A stretch of 64,000 bases of DNA from Vicugna vicugna (Eukaryota). A program made the translations under genes and the position numbers. Position 1 is the stretch's first letter. Every line of letters starts with the position of its first letter. The notes under the pieces were generated by a model. That model saw only the letters and a list, made by a program, of their open reading frames with translations, was not told where the DNA came from and searched no databases. Below are positions 1-13,840 of this stretch, one piece after another. Where the stretch lies: NCBI GenBank assembly GCA_013265495.1, contig MU061814.1, forward strand, positions 5,335,684 through 5,399,683, read 5' to 3'.

Positions 1-31
1 CTGGACAGGTGAGGAAACTGAGGCACAGAGA
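1..31 (-). mobile_element. MIR core fragment (cut by window edge)
   Basis: ACAGGTGAGGAAACTGAGGCACAGAG. Confidence 0.65.
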
Positions 32-1688
32 ACCGATCAGCACGTCAGTGGGTCCCCGAGAAGCAGACCTGACAGGATGTGTAAATATTCATGAACAGGA
101 GGAGGGTCTGGGGAGCTGGCTCCAACCACCCAGACCAAGAAGCCCCATGTCTCCGTCTGCAGACCTAGGAGAGCCGGCGGGGAGGGTCAGTCCAAGCCCA
201 AGGGCCCGCGCGAGGTCCAGGGGGCTGACCTGTAAGCCCCAGTTCAAGGGCAGGAGAGAGAGGCCCCCACTGAGGCGAGGGAGGGGCCGGAAACCAGCCC
301 TCCTTCCCTGCTTTCGTCCTAGCCAGGACACCGCGCGGGGAACGGCCTTCCGCTTTACTGAGTCCACCGATTCCAACACTCGTCTCACCTGGAAACGCCC
401 CCAGACCCCCAGCTATGCAACTGCATTGAGCGTGGGCACCTGCGGCCTGTCAGGCTGACGCATGTCCTGAGCCATCACACACGCCCACACACTCGCCGCA
501 TCGTCTAGAAACTCAGGGGCCCCCAGGACATCTGTCCACTGGGCCAGCCTTTCTTGGGGTTGGGAACCCCAACACCTCCTCCAGAACCAGGTGGAACCCT
601 GCTTTTAAAGGCAGAGTCCACCGCCCTCACACCGCAGGTTTGGAATCTCCAGGGAGGATCTTTGCCACTGACATTTAACAGCACCCCAGGCAGCGGGGGC
701 CCCCACCCCACCTCAAGCTGCCGGGACAGGAGCAGGAGCAAGGGTGGTGAGCATGCAGGTAAATGCACGCCCTGGGCCATCACCCCGCCTGGCGCCTGGT
801 GATCACTAACCAGGCGCCTAATTAGCCCCACCTCCACGTCTCGCCCCAGGGGCCCATCTTGAGCTCCTGAGCTCTGTTTGCTGCTAATGACTGTCTTCGC
901 GACAACAATCCAATTACTTTGAGCATTTACCTCCCACCTTCCCCAGAAAAACTCCGAGGGCAGCAGGCAGAAGCCACGGGGCCCCTCGGCAGCACCATCC
1001 AGGGAGAGGCCGGAAACAGCCCAGGGCTGGAGGGTGGCCAGGCCGGTGACCACGCTCCTGTCTCAGCAGGGATGGGACGGGGGAGGGAGGGGTGAGGAGG
1101 GGCGGGAACGGGGTCACTGCGCAGCGGGTGAGACGGGGGAGGTCTGGGGGACTGGTTGCTCTGCCCTGTGCCTCCCCAGGCTGGGTCCCAAGGGACGGCG
1201 GGCGGGGGCAACTTTGTACACAAGCCTGTCTGCACTCTGTCTGCATGGCCTGACCAGGCGGGAAGTCTCGTTTTGCCTTAAGGAGAAGAGTGGGAACTCA
1301 GGAAGCAGTGAGACCCAGCGTGCCCCTTCTTGGAGCTTCACGAGGCCAGGGTAGGTCATGTCCCACCACATTCCAACGCCCGGCTTTTCTCTGGAGGATG
1401 AACCGCCTGCCTCCTCCCCTGGGAAGTGATGCACTGGTTTCCGACGCCCAGAACACAGAGGCGCGAGATGCAGTGACGGACGGTGGGGCAGGCGGAGTCC
1501 GTGCCCCGGAAACACCAGGTGCAGTTGCTCAAGACGAAGGCTTTACAGTGAACGTGTGGATTCACCTGCTCCCTTGCACGGAAATGACAGAGCTCAGGCT
1601 TCCGAAGGAGTCTCGGCAGCTCGGCCCGGTGAGAAGGACTCCTTGCAGGGAGGCGCCTCCAGGCTTCTTCCTCCAAGAAAGCGCCGTC

Positions 1689-1739
1689 CTCCCCTCCTCC
1701 CTGTCCTGTCTCCCCTCCTCCCTGTCCTGTCTCCCCTCC
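1689..1739. repeat. 21-bp tandem repeat x2.4 (CTCCCCTCCTCCCTGTCCTGT)
   Basis: Exact units at 1689-1709 and 1710-1730, partial unit at 1731-1739. Confidence 0.9.
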
Positions 1740-2729
1740 ACGCCGCAGCTTAGGGCCAGTAAATGGAGCAGCTGGGCCTTCTCCTTCCCGCCTTCCTTGA
1801 TCTCTGACAACGAAGCTTGCCAAGGGTGAGAACTCCTGAATTCAGGCCAGAGCTGGTGGGGGACCACCCTTCCGGAGCAGTGGGCTTCCCGGGCCATATT
1901 CTCAGAGCAATCTTCCACTGAGCTGTTTCTGGGAAACTCTGAGTGTCTCGGGGTGAACCCGGCCCCAGAAGGAGCTTCCCAGGCTCAGGGTGACGAGCGA
2001 CGTCTAAACAGCTCTGCACGAGGACAGCGGTATCGCCAAGCAGCAGCATAAACGAGCCTTTTCCCCTTGCAGCAGAGATCCGTGGCGGACGCGCCCTCTG
2101 TTTACCGGGGACGACAGGTGACCGAGAGGCTTGGGCTTTGCTGCTGTGTAGCACCCCGCTGTGACTGAATGGGTGCCCCCCGCAGCTCCAGAATGAGGAA
2201 GACTCGCATCTCCCGAGGACTGGAGATGTGGCGCCCAGCTCACCAGCTGTGGGTATGGGGCGCAGAGCAGTCTGAGAACTATGCCCCACTTCCAAGCCCC
2301 CGAACTCTGACACCCACCCCAGCTCCGAGCTTGCACACTCTCCCTGCCAGCTGTCACTCTGCAGTCAGGTCTTTGTTTTGTTTTCTTTTCTAAAAAAATC
2401 TTTTGCTGTAAGATAGAAAGAAAAAGGGTACATCTAGCCTTAGCAGTCATTCACCCTTTAGTCTGAATTAGCACCCGCTATTTCACCAAGGGCAGATCTG
2501 GATGATGCAAGGGGAGGGAAGAGGCAGGGCACAAAGGGCCACAGAAAAAAGGCAGATGGTGAGGGTATCACCCACAAGAAAAGTCCCCAGAACAGGAGCT
2601 GCAGACCCCTGAAGGCAAGTGTCACCACTTCACTTCCAAATTTGGCCTGGGCCTGGCTCGGCCTCGTGATGGCCCAGAGATCACGGAGATGGCCCAATAG
2701 CCACGTGGGACAGTGCGCCATAGTGCACT

Positions 2730-2830
2730 TGGTCAGTCAACAAACATGCTGAGTATCTCCTAGATGTCAGGCCCTGAGCTGCTGCTGAGGACACAGCCGT
2801 GAGCAACACAGTGAAGCCCCAGGCCTCTCA
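2730..2830 (-). mobile_element. L2 3'-end fragment
   Basis: CAGTCAACAAACATGCTGAGTATCTCCTAGATGTCAGGCCCTG. Confidence 0.6.
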
Positions 2831-5800
2831 TGCTCCTCCACCTACACAAGGGTGCATGCTGACATCGATCCAGCAGGTGGGGGCCGAGCCCTGGGGAGGA
2901 GGCAGCGGGTGCAGGGGAGCAAAGACGGCATGATGGCCGTGCAGGGCCAGGATGCAGCAATGTAGACAGAGGTCCCTCAGCATCCACAGAGGGGTCTCAC
3001 CAAGAGCCAGGCCGGGTAGGTGAGGAGGCAGCACAGAAGCAAGGAGACCCCCCCCAACCGTGGCCCTCTGCCACCGCCTCTCTGGGACCCTGGGTGCATG
3101 GCCACCTCTCAGCCACCCTCTGCACCCCAAGGTTCAGGGCAGGGCTGAGACTAAGCCACACCCCGGGCCGCACGCCCCTGGGAGGACACAGAGGGTGACG
3201 CCCACCTCCCTGCACCTCCCCCGGGCCCAGCCCACCTACAGAGAATCAGTGGAGCTGCTCAGTGGGGCCCGGACTGGGGGGTCGACATATCCCAGAGCCG
3301 GAGCAGCCATGTGGAGGGACCTCCCCTCGCGAATCCCCGGCATTCTGAGCGGAAGTGCCAAAGGGAGGGAGAAGTAACTTCCAGGGTCTCGGCGAGGGGG
3401 CCAGCGCCAGGCTGGCAGGGAGGGAGGGTTAGCATTTCCTGAGAAACCCATTAATTTCTTCAAATAAACCGAATGAGCACGTATCTCAGCATGAAAGCAC
3501 ATCTGGATAGAGTTTGAGAATCAGATTCATCATGAAAGCTCACTAAGAGTTCATTTTCCATTCTGACTCCTCTTCCCTCTTGCAGTTGGTCCTTCAAGCC
3601 AGCAGGTGGGCTGCAGGGGCCCCACTCTTCCCGTAGGTGCACAGAGCCAGCTGCTCACAGAGCCAAACTCTGGCTCTCCAAACCTCCCGCCCCTTCCTCC
3701 CTGAACCACGGACCAGCTTTGATCTGTGCCTCCCACAGAGGTCACCTGGGCTTCAAGGACACATGCCACGTCTTCCTTTTCCTTTCTTCGTTTCATCACA
3801 GGGGGTTTGTGAAGAAGCTGGAACAGAGCAGATGCCATCCCAGGCACTGAGGACACCAGCTGTGTAGACAGATGGACAGACACGGCCTCCCAGGGTGGAC
3901 GAGTGGAGGGTCAGAGTGCAGTATGTGGTGGAGGGGACCAGACGAGCCAGCTAGTGGTCACTCTCCAGGCCCGTCTCCATCCTACACTCTCCCCTCCCAG
4001 GGTCTAGGTCCTTTCTAAAGACCCCGAGGGGCTCCAGGGATCCATCTCCAAGCCGTGGGAAGTTGCAGAGGCTGGGGCAGTTACTGAAGTCCCCAGTCAA
4101 CCAGCTGTGGGACCCCCTGTCATGGGGGTCCTGCACCATGGGCCCCTCAGCCTGTGTCCAGCAACCCAGCCCTCACTGGTCCCACCCCTCACTGGGGGTG
4201 ATGGCACCTTGCAGGACGAGGAGGGTGGGCTCCTCTGGGCACCAACTGGGGTGTCCTGTCCTGTGGCCGAGGTGGGGTTCACAGGCCCCAGTTCTGCCTG
4301 CACTGTGCCCAGATACCAGAGAGGATGCTTGGCTGCCTCCCTGCCCGACCCTGCTTCCCTCCCCCCAGCGCTGCCTCCAGGCCTCCTCCCAGTGAACGGC
4401 CTGCACGTGACTCCCTGGCCCACGTCGGTTTGGGGAGACTCCTGGGAGATGGGGGCATCCACCAGCTCCCGGCCGCTCCAGTAACTCACCAGTTCCCACC
4501 ACGGCCACGTGTAGCTGGCCCACTTTCCGGGGGACCGTGTAACCTGCTGATGGTCTCCACCACCTGGGGACAGCCAGGCACTGACCCCAGGCCATTGACA
4601 TGGCCACAGCTTCTGCTCAGGGAAGGTTTGGAGGGGCAGTGTGGGGGAAATGCCATCCATTCCCTTCCAGATAGGCCCCAGGGCAACCCTGGGGAGCCCT
4701 GTCCCCAGCTCCACCTCTAATACACATGCTGTGGATTTACCACCGGCTTTTCTGTGGGAGGCCCTCCAAGGGCGCGAGGTACGTGGATGGACTCATGCGG
4801 AGACCGACTGTTCACAGTGAGGGGAAACGCCTCCTGGCCTCAGTCAGAGAGCTGAGACCCAATACACACACTTCCACTGAACCCAGGCTTCATCTTGTTA
4901 ACTTTGCCGAGAAACTGCCGGACGTGCTGAGCCAGAGGGAGACTGGTGTGCCCTTCCCCGGCTTCTGGCTTTGTCCACCATCAACCCGGCGTCTCCACCG
5001 CAGCATTTCCATTTTAACATTATTTGACAAAGTCAAAACCCCTCAACCATCCACGGGTGAGTGAAGAATGGATGAAATGTGGGCGTCAGTGAAATGTCCC
5101 TTACTTTAAAGAAACCCCCCAGAAGAGCTGAAGGCACCCGGGGCCCCAAACCCAAATGAGGTGACCACAGGAACCCCCCGCCCCGACGATCTGGGGATCC
5201 GGGCGGGACGGCAGCCGACTCCGGCTGCTCGGGGAGGCTCGGACCAGAGAGATGCCGGGCGGAGCTTCTGAGACGTTTCAAAAGCAGCATGAAGGCCCTA
5301 GAATGATGTTTTCTCAAAAACCTGTTTTCCTAAGTGACTGACTGTGTGGGCAGATCAGTCTGAGGCAGCGACGTGCTGTCACGAAGCTAATCGTTGGCTG
5401 TCACAGGAAGGAGCAAATTGCCTCCCCTTGGTTCCCACCAGACTGCAGCGTCTCAGGAACCGCTGTCGTCTCGGCCCAGCCCTGAGACTTCAGGGGAAGC
5501 CAGGGCTCTGTTCGTGCGTGCGCCGCCATCACTGTCCAACTGATCACAGGAAAACGGAACCCTGGGTGCCTCTCGATGCTTCTCTCTGTCTTCGCACACG
5601 AAGGATTCGTCACTCAAGTGGCTCTGGGCCCCGTGAGTGGTGTCTGAAGTGCTCGCGTCGGGCTGCGTGTGCCTGTTTCCGCTCAAGCGCCCAGTCACCC
5701 CACTGAGTGCAGGTGATGGAAACCCTAGTCCAGGCAGCTCAAGGACGAGGGGCGGGGGGGCAGGCCTCGGGCACCCGGGGCGTCAGGCTCAGAGTGGGGC

Positions 5801-6366
5801 CACCAGGGCTCTAAGACTGTCCTCCCTCAGCTCTGCTGGAGCCAGCCTGGCACCCAGGACAGGGCCCTTCCCCACAAGCAGGAAGGATTCTGAGGGCCCC
5901 GGGGCGTCCCGGGGCCGTGGGCTGGGGCCTCTGGGGCCGGGGCAGGGAGGACAGGGCCAGCCCCCTGCCCCAGCCGTGCAGGGCGCTCTCGGGAGCACGG
6001 CCCCTGGGTCCCCGCAGAAGGGCAGGCCGGGCGGGGGCGCCGCGGGTCTGGACAACGATGCCCCCTCCTGCGTCAGCGCCAGCGTCAGGGCAGAGCAGCA
6101 CTGTTAGCCCCTGGTGGAGCCTGACAGGGAGCGACAGGCTTCCCAGCCACAAGACAGTCCTGTTCCGCGAAAATGGCATCGGAAAAAGAAATGGCAGAAG
6201 CCAGACTGCAATTCGAGGGCCGTGAAGAATGTCGACAGCAAGATCGCTCACTTGGCGACACCCAGCAGACACAGCCTGTCTTAAAAGAGAAACAGAGTAA
6301 CACATCGTCTTTCTCAGCCATCACACCCCTTACATTCGAGTGTGTGTTTCACGTACGCTCTACGGC

Positions 6367-6416
6367 TGTGTGTGTGTGCGCGCACGCGTGTGCGTGCGTG
6401 TGCGTGTGTGTGCATG
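6367..6416. repeat. Compound (TG)/(CG)/(TGCG) microsatellite
   Basis: 50 bp of uninterrupted pyrimidine-purine alternation. Confidence 0.9.
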
Positions 6417-9400
6417 GGGGGGTGGGGAGCATGCAGGCTCAGGGAGACGGTGCCCGTAGGGAGCCCAGAGCAAGGCGGCAGCAGACCTCGGCTCTGACGG
6501 CTTGAGGCGACGCGTGTGCGCAGGCGAGAGCGGTATTTATGGACACGGGAGAGCTTGCTCGCATGCATAATCTCACTACTTCTCAGCTGCTGGTTTACAC
6601 CAGAACACATTTCCCTCAAACGTGCTAAATGCTCGTTCTCCCCCCGCAACGATGATATTTTTAAAAACCAGATTGCAGAGCGGCACTGGTGAAGATTTCC
6701 GAGGCGAAAACAACCAGCCCTCCGTGTGCGGACATCACACTCCCCCCGGGAGTCACATCCATGATGGGGGACAGAGCGTCGGCCCTGCCGCAGGAAGGCG
6801 CTTTCTCAGGAGGGGGCCCCACCGCAGGCCCTCACCCTCAACAGCCGGGTCAGCCCCGAGTGCCCGCGGGGGTGCCGGCAAGCAGGGCCGAGAGTGGCCG
6901 TGTGTCACTGCCGCCTGCGTCGAGCTGCTGGAGAAGGGGGGCTTTGTGCACACCCTGCACTTGCCCACAGAGAGGCTGCAGCCCCCAGGCCGTGGTCGTT
7001 GGTGGCCCAAAGAGGAGCTCCAACCGCCACGAGCAAGCAGCTCCAAAAGAAGGAGGTCCCCGTGGAAGTCCCCGTGAGCGTCCTGGGCCGGCGCTGACCA
7101 GCCTTGCCCACCCGACCCCTCCGCTGCTCTGAGTGTCGGGGAGGCGTCTGCATTTGGGTCTGGCTCAGCCGAGGGGGCCTTGGAATCTTCCAGCCCTTCA
7201 GACATTTTGGTTCCATCCAACAAAACAGCATCATCCTCACCATCCTGTTGCCACCGCAAGGACCAGGGTGCCCCTCGCCCACCCTGAGCAAGGCCGCCTG
7301 GCAGCTTCTGAAAGGCTGCTGTGTCAGCGCCGGTCCCAGAGTCAGACCCTGTGCAAGCCGGGCCACAACCCCACGGGAAGCTCTGGAGTGCACTTTGCAT
7401 CTCAGGGTCAAGGGACCCCCACCGGTGGGGCGGCGGAGGCAGTCTGCCCAGGGGCTGCAGCCCCAGGCACTTCCGTCCGGCTGGCGCAGTGGGCCGGGAA
7501 GGGGAGAGTCCAGGGTCAGATCTTTGAAGAAGCTCTCAGCTGAAACCCCCAGTCCCAGCCTTGGTCCCTGAACTGTGGTTTGTCATGAACCGCAGCAAAG
7601 AGGACTTCGCCGATACTATTAGTGGGTGGTCCGGTCTCGTCGCGGGTCCTCGAGAGCAGAGAAGGTGCTCTGACCAACAGCAGGCCTGGAGGCACGGAGC
7701 GGGGAGCCGGGCAGTAGGAAGCAAGAGAAGTTTCCAGAGTGCCATTGCTGGCTGGACGGGGGCCTCTAGGAGCCAGGGCAGCCCCGCTCGCTGACCGCCA
7801 AACAGGACACGATCTCAGTCCTACGGCCACAGGGGCCTGGGGGGGCCAAAGGGATTCTCCCCAGAGCCCTGGCAAGAGCCTGGCAGGTGACATCTTGGCC
7901 AGCCCACTGCACCTCTGGCCCAAGAGCTGGTCACCTGGAGGCCCCAGTGTGTGGTAACTGCTCAGCCAGCTCTGCCTGCTCCGTCCCAGACCTCCAGGCC
8001 GCCTCGTCCGGTGGGTGAATAAATGATGGAGGCGTCTGATAAGATCACAGGCGACTGTCCCAGGTCACTTCGGGGGCAAGTGGCAAAGACCCAAGTCTCA
8101 CCAGCTTGAGGGCAGAAAGAGCTCATGGGACCAAAATGTCCAGAGGAAGAGCTGGGGCAGATCCAGGGCCTCAGACCTTGGCGTCCAGAGCTGTGGGCTC
8201 CAGTTCACTCCAGAGATGGTCTCAGGGGAACGGGGCCTCCCAGGGAGGGGGGTCCAGGGAGGTGGGGTTCCTAGAGGGGCAAAGGTCCCAGGGAGGCAGG
8301 GGCCCTGGGGGCACCGCCGGCACAAGGCAGTGGCTCCCTCTCTTGTTGCTGGTGTCTCCCCACCCCCACCCCCGCAGCGGTAGAAGCCAGAGGAGGACCC
8401 GGGCCTGATGGGAGGGGCACCCCTTCTCCACACACCTGGACTGTGCACCAGAACTTACTCCCAAGACATACCTGCCTGCAAGGTGGAGGGGAGAGGGGAC
8501 AAGGGGTGGTGACTGACTCCACTTGGCCCAGCCCCGGCCTGGTCATTCCTCACCAGAGCCCCGGACTTGCCACGAGGACTGCACCTTGAATCCAAGGGCC
8601 ACCAGGCCTGCTGGGCACCTCTGCAGGACCCCTTCCTCCTGCTAAGGCCCCGTGTGTCACAGAGCAGGGCGGTTCTGGGAGAGCGGGTGGCCCGCCCTCA
8701 GCCCTCCTGGCCCCGGCTTGCTTCCCAGGGAGTCCGCTGACCAGCCGTGGGGGCAGCAAGGCAGGAACCACTAAGGAGGCTCCCACTCAGGTTGCTTTTC
8801 TGGAACTCACATGGAGTCACTAGGAAATGGGAGGCGCGTTTCCTAGTTAAATATTCCCAGGCAACTACAACTGCTGATTGCAGACAAAGGGAGCAGCCCC
8901 TGATCTCGGCAGAGGAGCTGGAGCCTACAGGAGTCATGTTTATGCAAACGCCAGCTCCCCCCAGGGGGGGAGCCCAGGAGAGAGGTGTGGACACACGGCT
9001 GCCGCCCCATCCCGCCTCAACAGAGGGGCCGCCGGGCAAAGCCACGGGCGCCCAAGGGCCAGGAGGGCGTGGGGCGGGGTCCTGGCGGCTGCGGGTCCCC
9101 TCCCGGCCCCCACGCCCCCAGCACCGGCTCCCAGAGCCTGCGGCCCGTGGCCAGCAGTCAAGAGAGGCCATTCTGTCAAATCCAGGAACTTCCCATCCCC
9201 ACGCCTCCTGACAATAAATGGAGACAGATATCGGCCGAATGTGACCCTTTCCGCTTAAGTCGCAAGAGCGTTCATGAGCACGCCTGGGAAATTTACCCAC
9301 AAATCGGTAAATTTATAAGAGGCACAAACTCAGCTTCCCAGGGTGAGAGCTGACAAAACACTGCTTTCTCTGCGAACTGAGCAGATGGGACTGCTTGTCC

Positions 9401-11390
9401 TTCTGCAGTGGATGTGCTGTTCGCAGGTTGTCTTTCTGCCCAAGAGCAAATTTCAAAGAGAAAATGCCTTTCCTGGGGGCAGGAAGTTAGGGGCCCTCCT
9501 TCCAGCCTGACCTGGGTCGGGGGGGGGTACGAGGGGGCAAGGCCATGGCCTTGGGTGGGGGGTCATTCTGTCAGCTTCAAACCCAGTCCGCAAAGTCAGG
9601 GTGCAGCTTTGAAGTTCCCATCAGCATCCCTCGTGTTGACCAACTGAAGCGAACGCTAAGCAAGGCCTTCCCTAGAGCCGTGTTCAGGAAGCTGGGCGGC
9701 GCTGGAGCGGCCTCGGAGAGCGGATTTTCTCTTTCTCCTTAGGAGACGGGCTGTCTAACGTGCCCCGTTTCCTCTAAAACGTCACCTCCCGTGGCACGTC
9801 TCTTTGCTGAAACCGTCAACGTCCCAAGCGGCGTCCACAGTCACCAGGCTCCACCAAGCCCTCCTCTGCCGGGACTGTCGGGGGCGGTCGCTCTTACCAG
9901 AGGTTCTGCTCAAGCAAATCCGAGACAGTGCACAGCAAGACCGTCTGGATCGCTTAGGAGAAGGGGCAGCGGTTCTGCAGCAGGCGAAATGACAGTTGTG
10001 ACAACGGTGTCCCCAGGGCCCGCCCCCGCCCCCACCTTCTCCCTGCCTGTTTTGGGGGTGGGGCTCCAGAAGGACCAGCCCCTGACCCTGAACTCAGCCT
10101 TCCGTGTGCGTTCCCCACCGGACCCTGCAACTCGCCGGAAAAAGAACCCATGCCTGCACTCGCCGGGTCCTGGGGGCTGAGCTCCTCTGGTCCTCCATGC
10201 TCGTCCCAGACCCCCAACTTGCACACGTCCCCCTGGGCTAAAACCCAGGTGTGGGCAGAGCTGCTTCCTTCTGGAGGCTCCAGGGGAGAATCCGTTTCCT
10301 GGCCCTTCCAGCTTTCAGAGGTACCCAAATCCCCGGTGCGTGGCCCCTGCCTCATCTCCAGCGCCCACAGTGGCCTGCCAGGTCTTCTCCCACTGTGGTC
10401 TCTCCACCCTCCTTCCCCATCTGAGGGCCTGTGTCACCCCTGAAACTTTGGACACCCACGGAGAATCCGGGGTCATCTCCCTCCTTTAAGATCGGCCTGC
10501 CACATAGCCAAGTGGACTCCGGGTTCTGGAAGCAGGGCATGGTCATGGCTCTGGGGCATGAGAAATTCAGGGACAAGGCTGCTTTTGCCTGCCCTTGGCA
10601 AAGCGCTCCTGGCTGGTGGAGGGAGAGACGGGTGCCTCTGTGGGTTCCAGGCAGACAGCAAAGATACACATAGTGGTAACTGATCGGTGGCTCCTTGAGT
10701 CAGACCACTGAGCAGAATCAGAGCTTGGAGGAGACACGTGGGTTACACGTGGGCCCTCAGGCAGAGCAGTCCCTCTCCTTTGAGCTAGTGTCAGGGTTTG
10801 AATTAGAAGATTCTTGGCATTTAAGCGACAGGAGGTGAAGGAACCCTCCGGTGACTGAGGATTTGGAAGGAGAGGAGGGAAACGGTCCCCGCAGGGGACC
10901 CGCCCGACCTGGGGGCAGGCGGTGGAGGCAGGACGGCAAACCTGCTCAGGAGCTGGCTTGAGAAGAGGCAGAGGCGGTCCTCAGGCCCAGGAACCCCCCG
11001 CCAGCACACGGTGCCGCCTCCTGCAGCCTGGGACCGAGGGGCTCCATGTCTCACATCTAAAACTGAGAGAATTCCAGGAAAACCAGGATGGTCATTGTAC
11101 CCTGGCCCTCCCAGCCCAGCACCCTGCTCACTTTGGGCTGGGGCAGGACCGCCCTAGTGTCTGTGCAGCTGGACAGGGCCTCCCTGTCCCTCTGGTGGCT
11201 AACCTTCCGTCCCTGGCCACATGCTCGCCACAGTCAGGCACTGTGCTGGGGACCTGTGTGCCCCATGCTGGGCCAGCCTCCTCCCTGAGCAGCCTCTGGC
11301 CCAGGATGGGGTGCGCCCAGCAGCTACGAAGCTAGTGTTTATGGCGCAGGGACCTCCACGTGGCAGGAGGCCACGCACCTTCACATGGTG

Positions 11391-11510
11391 CCCACAGCAA
11401 CCCAGTGATGTGGTCTCACTTCACAGGTAAGGAAACCGAGGCCGGGTCGGTTGATTTACCTTCTCCTAGAGCACGTGGTCAGGGCCTGTTGGGCCCAGGA
11501 CTCAAAGCCA
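11391..11510 (-). mobile_element. MIR fragment
   Basis: TTCACAGGTAAGGAAACCGAGGC...CCCAGGACTCAAAGCC. Confidence 0.65.
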
Positions 11511-11939
11511 CTCCTTCCTACACAGCCTGACACCCCAGGCCGCAGGAGGCCCTCCCGGCAGCCACACTCTCCCTTCTTCCGGCTCTTCCCTGTGAACACA
11601 GCTCCCGTTTCCAGAAAGCTGGCCAGGGGCTAAGGGTCGAGGACGATCTGGGCACGTGAGGGACAAGGATGTGATGGTAGAGACTGGTTCCCAGGCTGGA
11701 AGGAGGCCCCAGGGCTGCTGCTCAGCTGGTGACACTCGCACAAGCATTGCTCTGTTTTTAAATCCTCCCTGAGATGCTGTACGTTCTGACGTGTGCAATC
11801 TCCATGCTGTGAGTGGGAAAAGCCATGGCTAAGCTCTACAAACTATGCATATTACGTGTTCCCAATGACTCTAAATAAACGTACACTTCTCCCCACCCAC
11901 CTGTAGCCTCATAGGAGAAAAAACAGTAATAATAGTAAC

Positions 11940-12022
11940 ACTAAAATGCTTGTTTTGCTGCTAAGTCGCTAAGTTTGGGCTTCTTTGTTACGCAGCAATA
12001 GGTAAATAGATAACTGATACAG
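11940..12022 (+). mobile_element. MLT1 (ERVL-MaLR) LTR 3' end
   Basis: GCTAAGTTTGGGCTTCTTTGTTACGCAGCAATAG...ATAACTGATACA is the typical MLT1 terminus. Confidence 0.7.
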
Positions 12023-13734
12023 GTATTGCTGTGAACTTATTTATTTTTTAATTTGGGAAGAAGCCTTCTTCTTCTCTAGCAAGAGTGGCCTGACAGTGGT
12101 ATGGGGACCACAGGAAAGAGAGGAACCATGTCCTAAGGACACATCTCCAAGAGGGGAGGGACCCCATGACATGTGGCTCCAAGGACTGAATTCTTGTAGC
12201 CAGGAAAGCAAAGCCCTTTTCACAGCGGCTGCCTCTCTTCCTGGCCAACCGTTCTCCTGAGATGATTAAAGGCCCCTAGTCCTCCCACAGCTCTAGGCCC
12301 GGGGGTGCAGCCCAGAGGGGTCTGTCCTGGGCTCCTCAGCGACACCCCATGCATTTGGAAGCTTGTTGGAAAAAGACAAAGGCCGTTGCACATTCCTGTC
12401 TCACTGTCTACTAGTTCAGCAAAGGTCCATGGAGCACCAACTCCCTACTAGGCAGCCTAGCAGGGGCTTGGGAGTTGTTAGCAAGTAAAGCAAAGCAGGA
12501 CCCCTACCGCCCTCGCCGTGGCGGTGGACATCCAGGCTCATCCTTCCTCTGGTGTCCCAGCGATCTTCGTCCGGGGCCCAGGTGATCACCCTGGCCAGCA
12601 GCCATCCCACCTGCATCACAGGGAGTCCCCGGAAGCCGGAGCCACCCAGGTGCCTGCCATCCTCTCAGCCGTCATACCTGCTTCCCCCAGAAACGCAGGC
12701 ACCTCGTTGGCGGATCTCAGCCCCTGACCTGCAGGGACGGGCCAGCTCCCCGCTGACATGCGGCATTTGGAGTGGCGGGAGCGGGGCAGCAGGCCCCCAG
12801 GCTCTCGGGCCGGCCTGGGGCAGCTCCCGCGCAGGGCCCGGCCAAGGGTGCGGTCCTTTCCCCGGTGGACACAGCCGGACAAGCTCGGCCTGTCTCCAGC
12901 GCCTCACTGGAGCTTTCCTTAAAGGGTCCCAGCTGTTTGGGAAGCACCCGTGTCTCGGGAAATCAGAAGAGAAAGGAGCAAACGTCTCGGAGCTGGAAGG
13001 TTCCGGCTGCCGCGTCGCCCGGGCTCCTCTGTGCACAGAGGGGTTCAAAGCCACCGGGAACCCTGGACGAGGGCCTGCTGCCCACTTTGTAAAGTAAGGC
13101 CTTCTGAGTGACTTTTCCTCTGTGGTTTTAAGCAAATGCCTTGTCATAATATTTGCACTAAGTTGCCTTTTATGATTTTTTAAAGCTCCTAGGCTGTCTC
13201 AAAATCTTTGAAAAGAAGGCCAGCTTAGTGGAAAGGTCAAGGGGCTGGAAACCAAACAGCGGGCTTAAAGCGCTCCAGGGGGAGCACGTTTCCGCTGGCA
13301 GCGTCCTAAATGGCTTCTGCGGCTGGTCGGCAAAGAGGCCCCGGGGGCCGCTAGCTGCTGCCTCCCCCTGCTGCTCCGCGCGGAGGTGAGCACATGGCAT
13401 GGTCCGTGGTGGGACCCGCCGTTCCTGTGGGTGCAAGGATGAGCCCCTGAGGGTCCAACACAGTCCAGAGCCATCATCACTTCCTTCTGCGACCTGGACA
13501 CTCAGGTCCCAGTCCCAAGACCTGTTCACTGAACTGGTGGGCTTGTCTTCCAGAGAGCAAACCTGGGCTAATTTGGTGGATTTAAAGCAACTTTTGTTGC
13601 CCTGGGCTCTTGACCCCTCACCCTCTGAAGTCCCCGCACAACCCACTCAACAGCCTTCACCGCCCAAGGGCCTGCGGCTGCAGCACTGACAGCGTCCGGA
13701 GCAGCCTGGCCCCTGGGAGCATCCATTCTACCTA

Positions 13735-13840
13735 TGTTCCCATTTTACAGACGACTCAATCAAGTACAGAGAAGCTAAAACACTCTCCCAGATATTAGCA
13801 GCAGGTTCAAACCATGCGTGTCGCTCTGAGCCCGCGTGCT
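13735..13840 (-). mobile_element. MIR fragment
   Basis: CCCATTTTACAGA...ACAGAGAAGCTAA...TTCAAACC. Confidence 0.55.
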
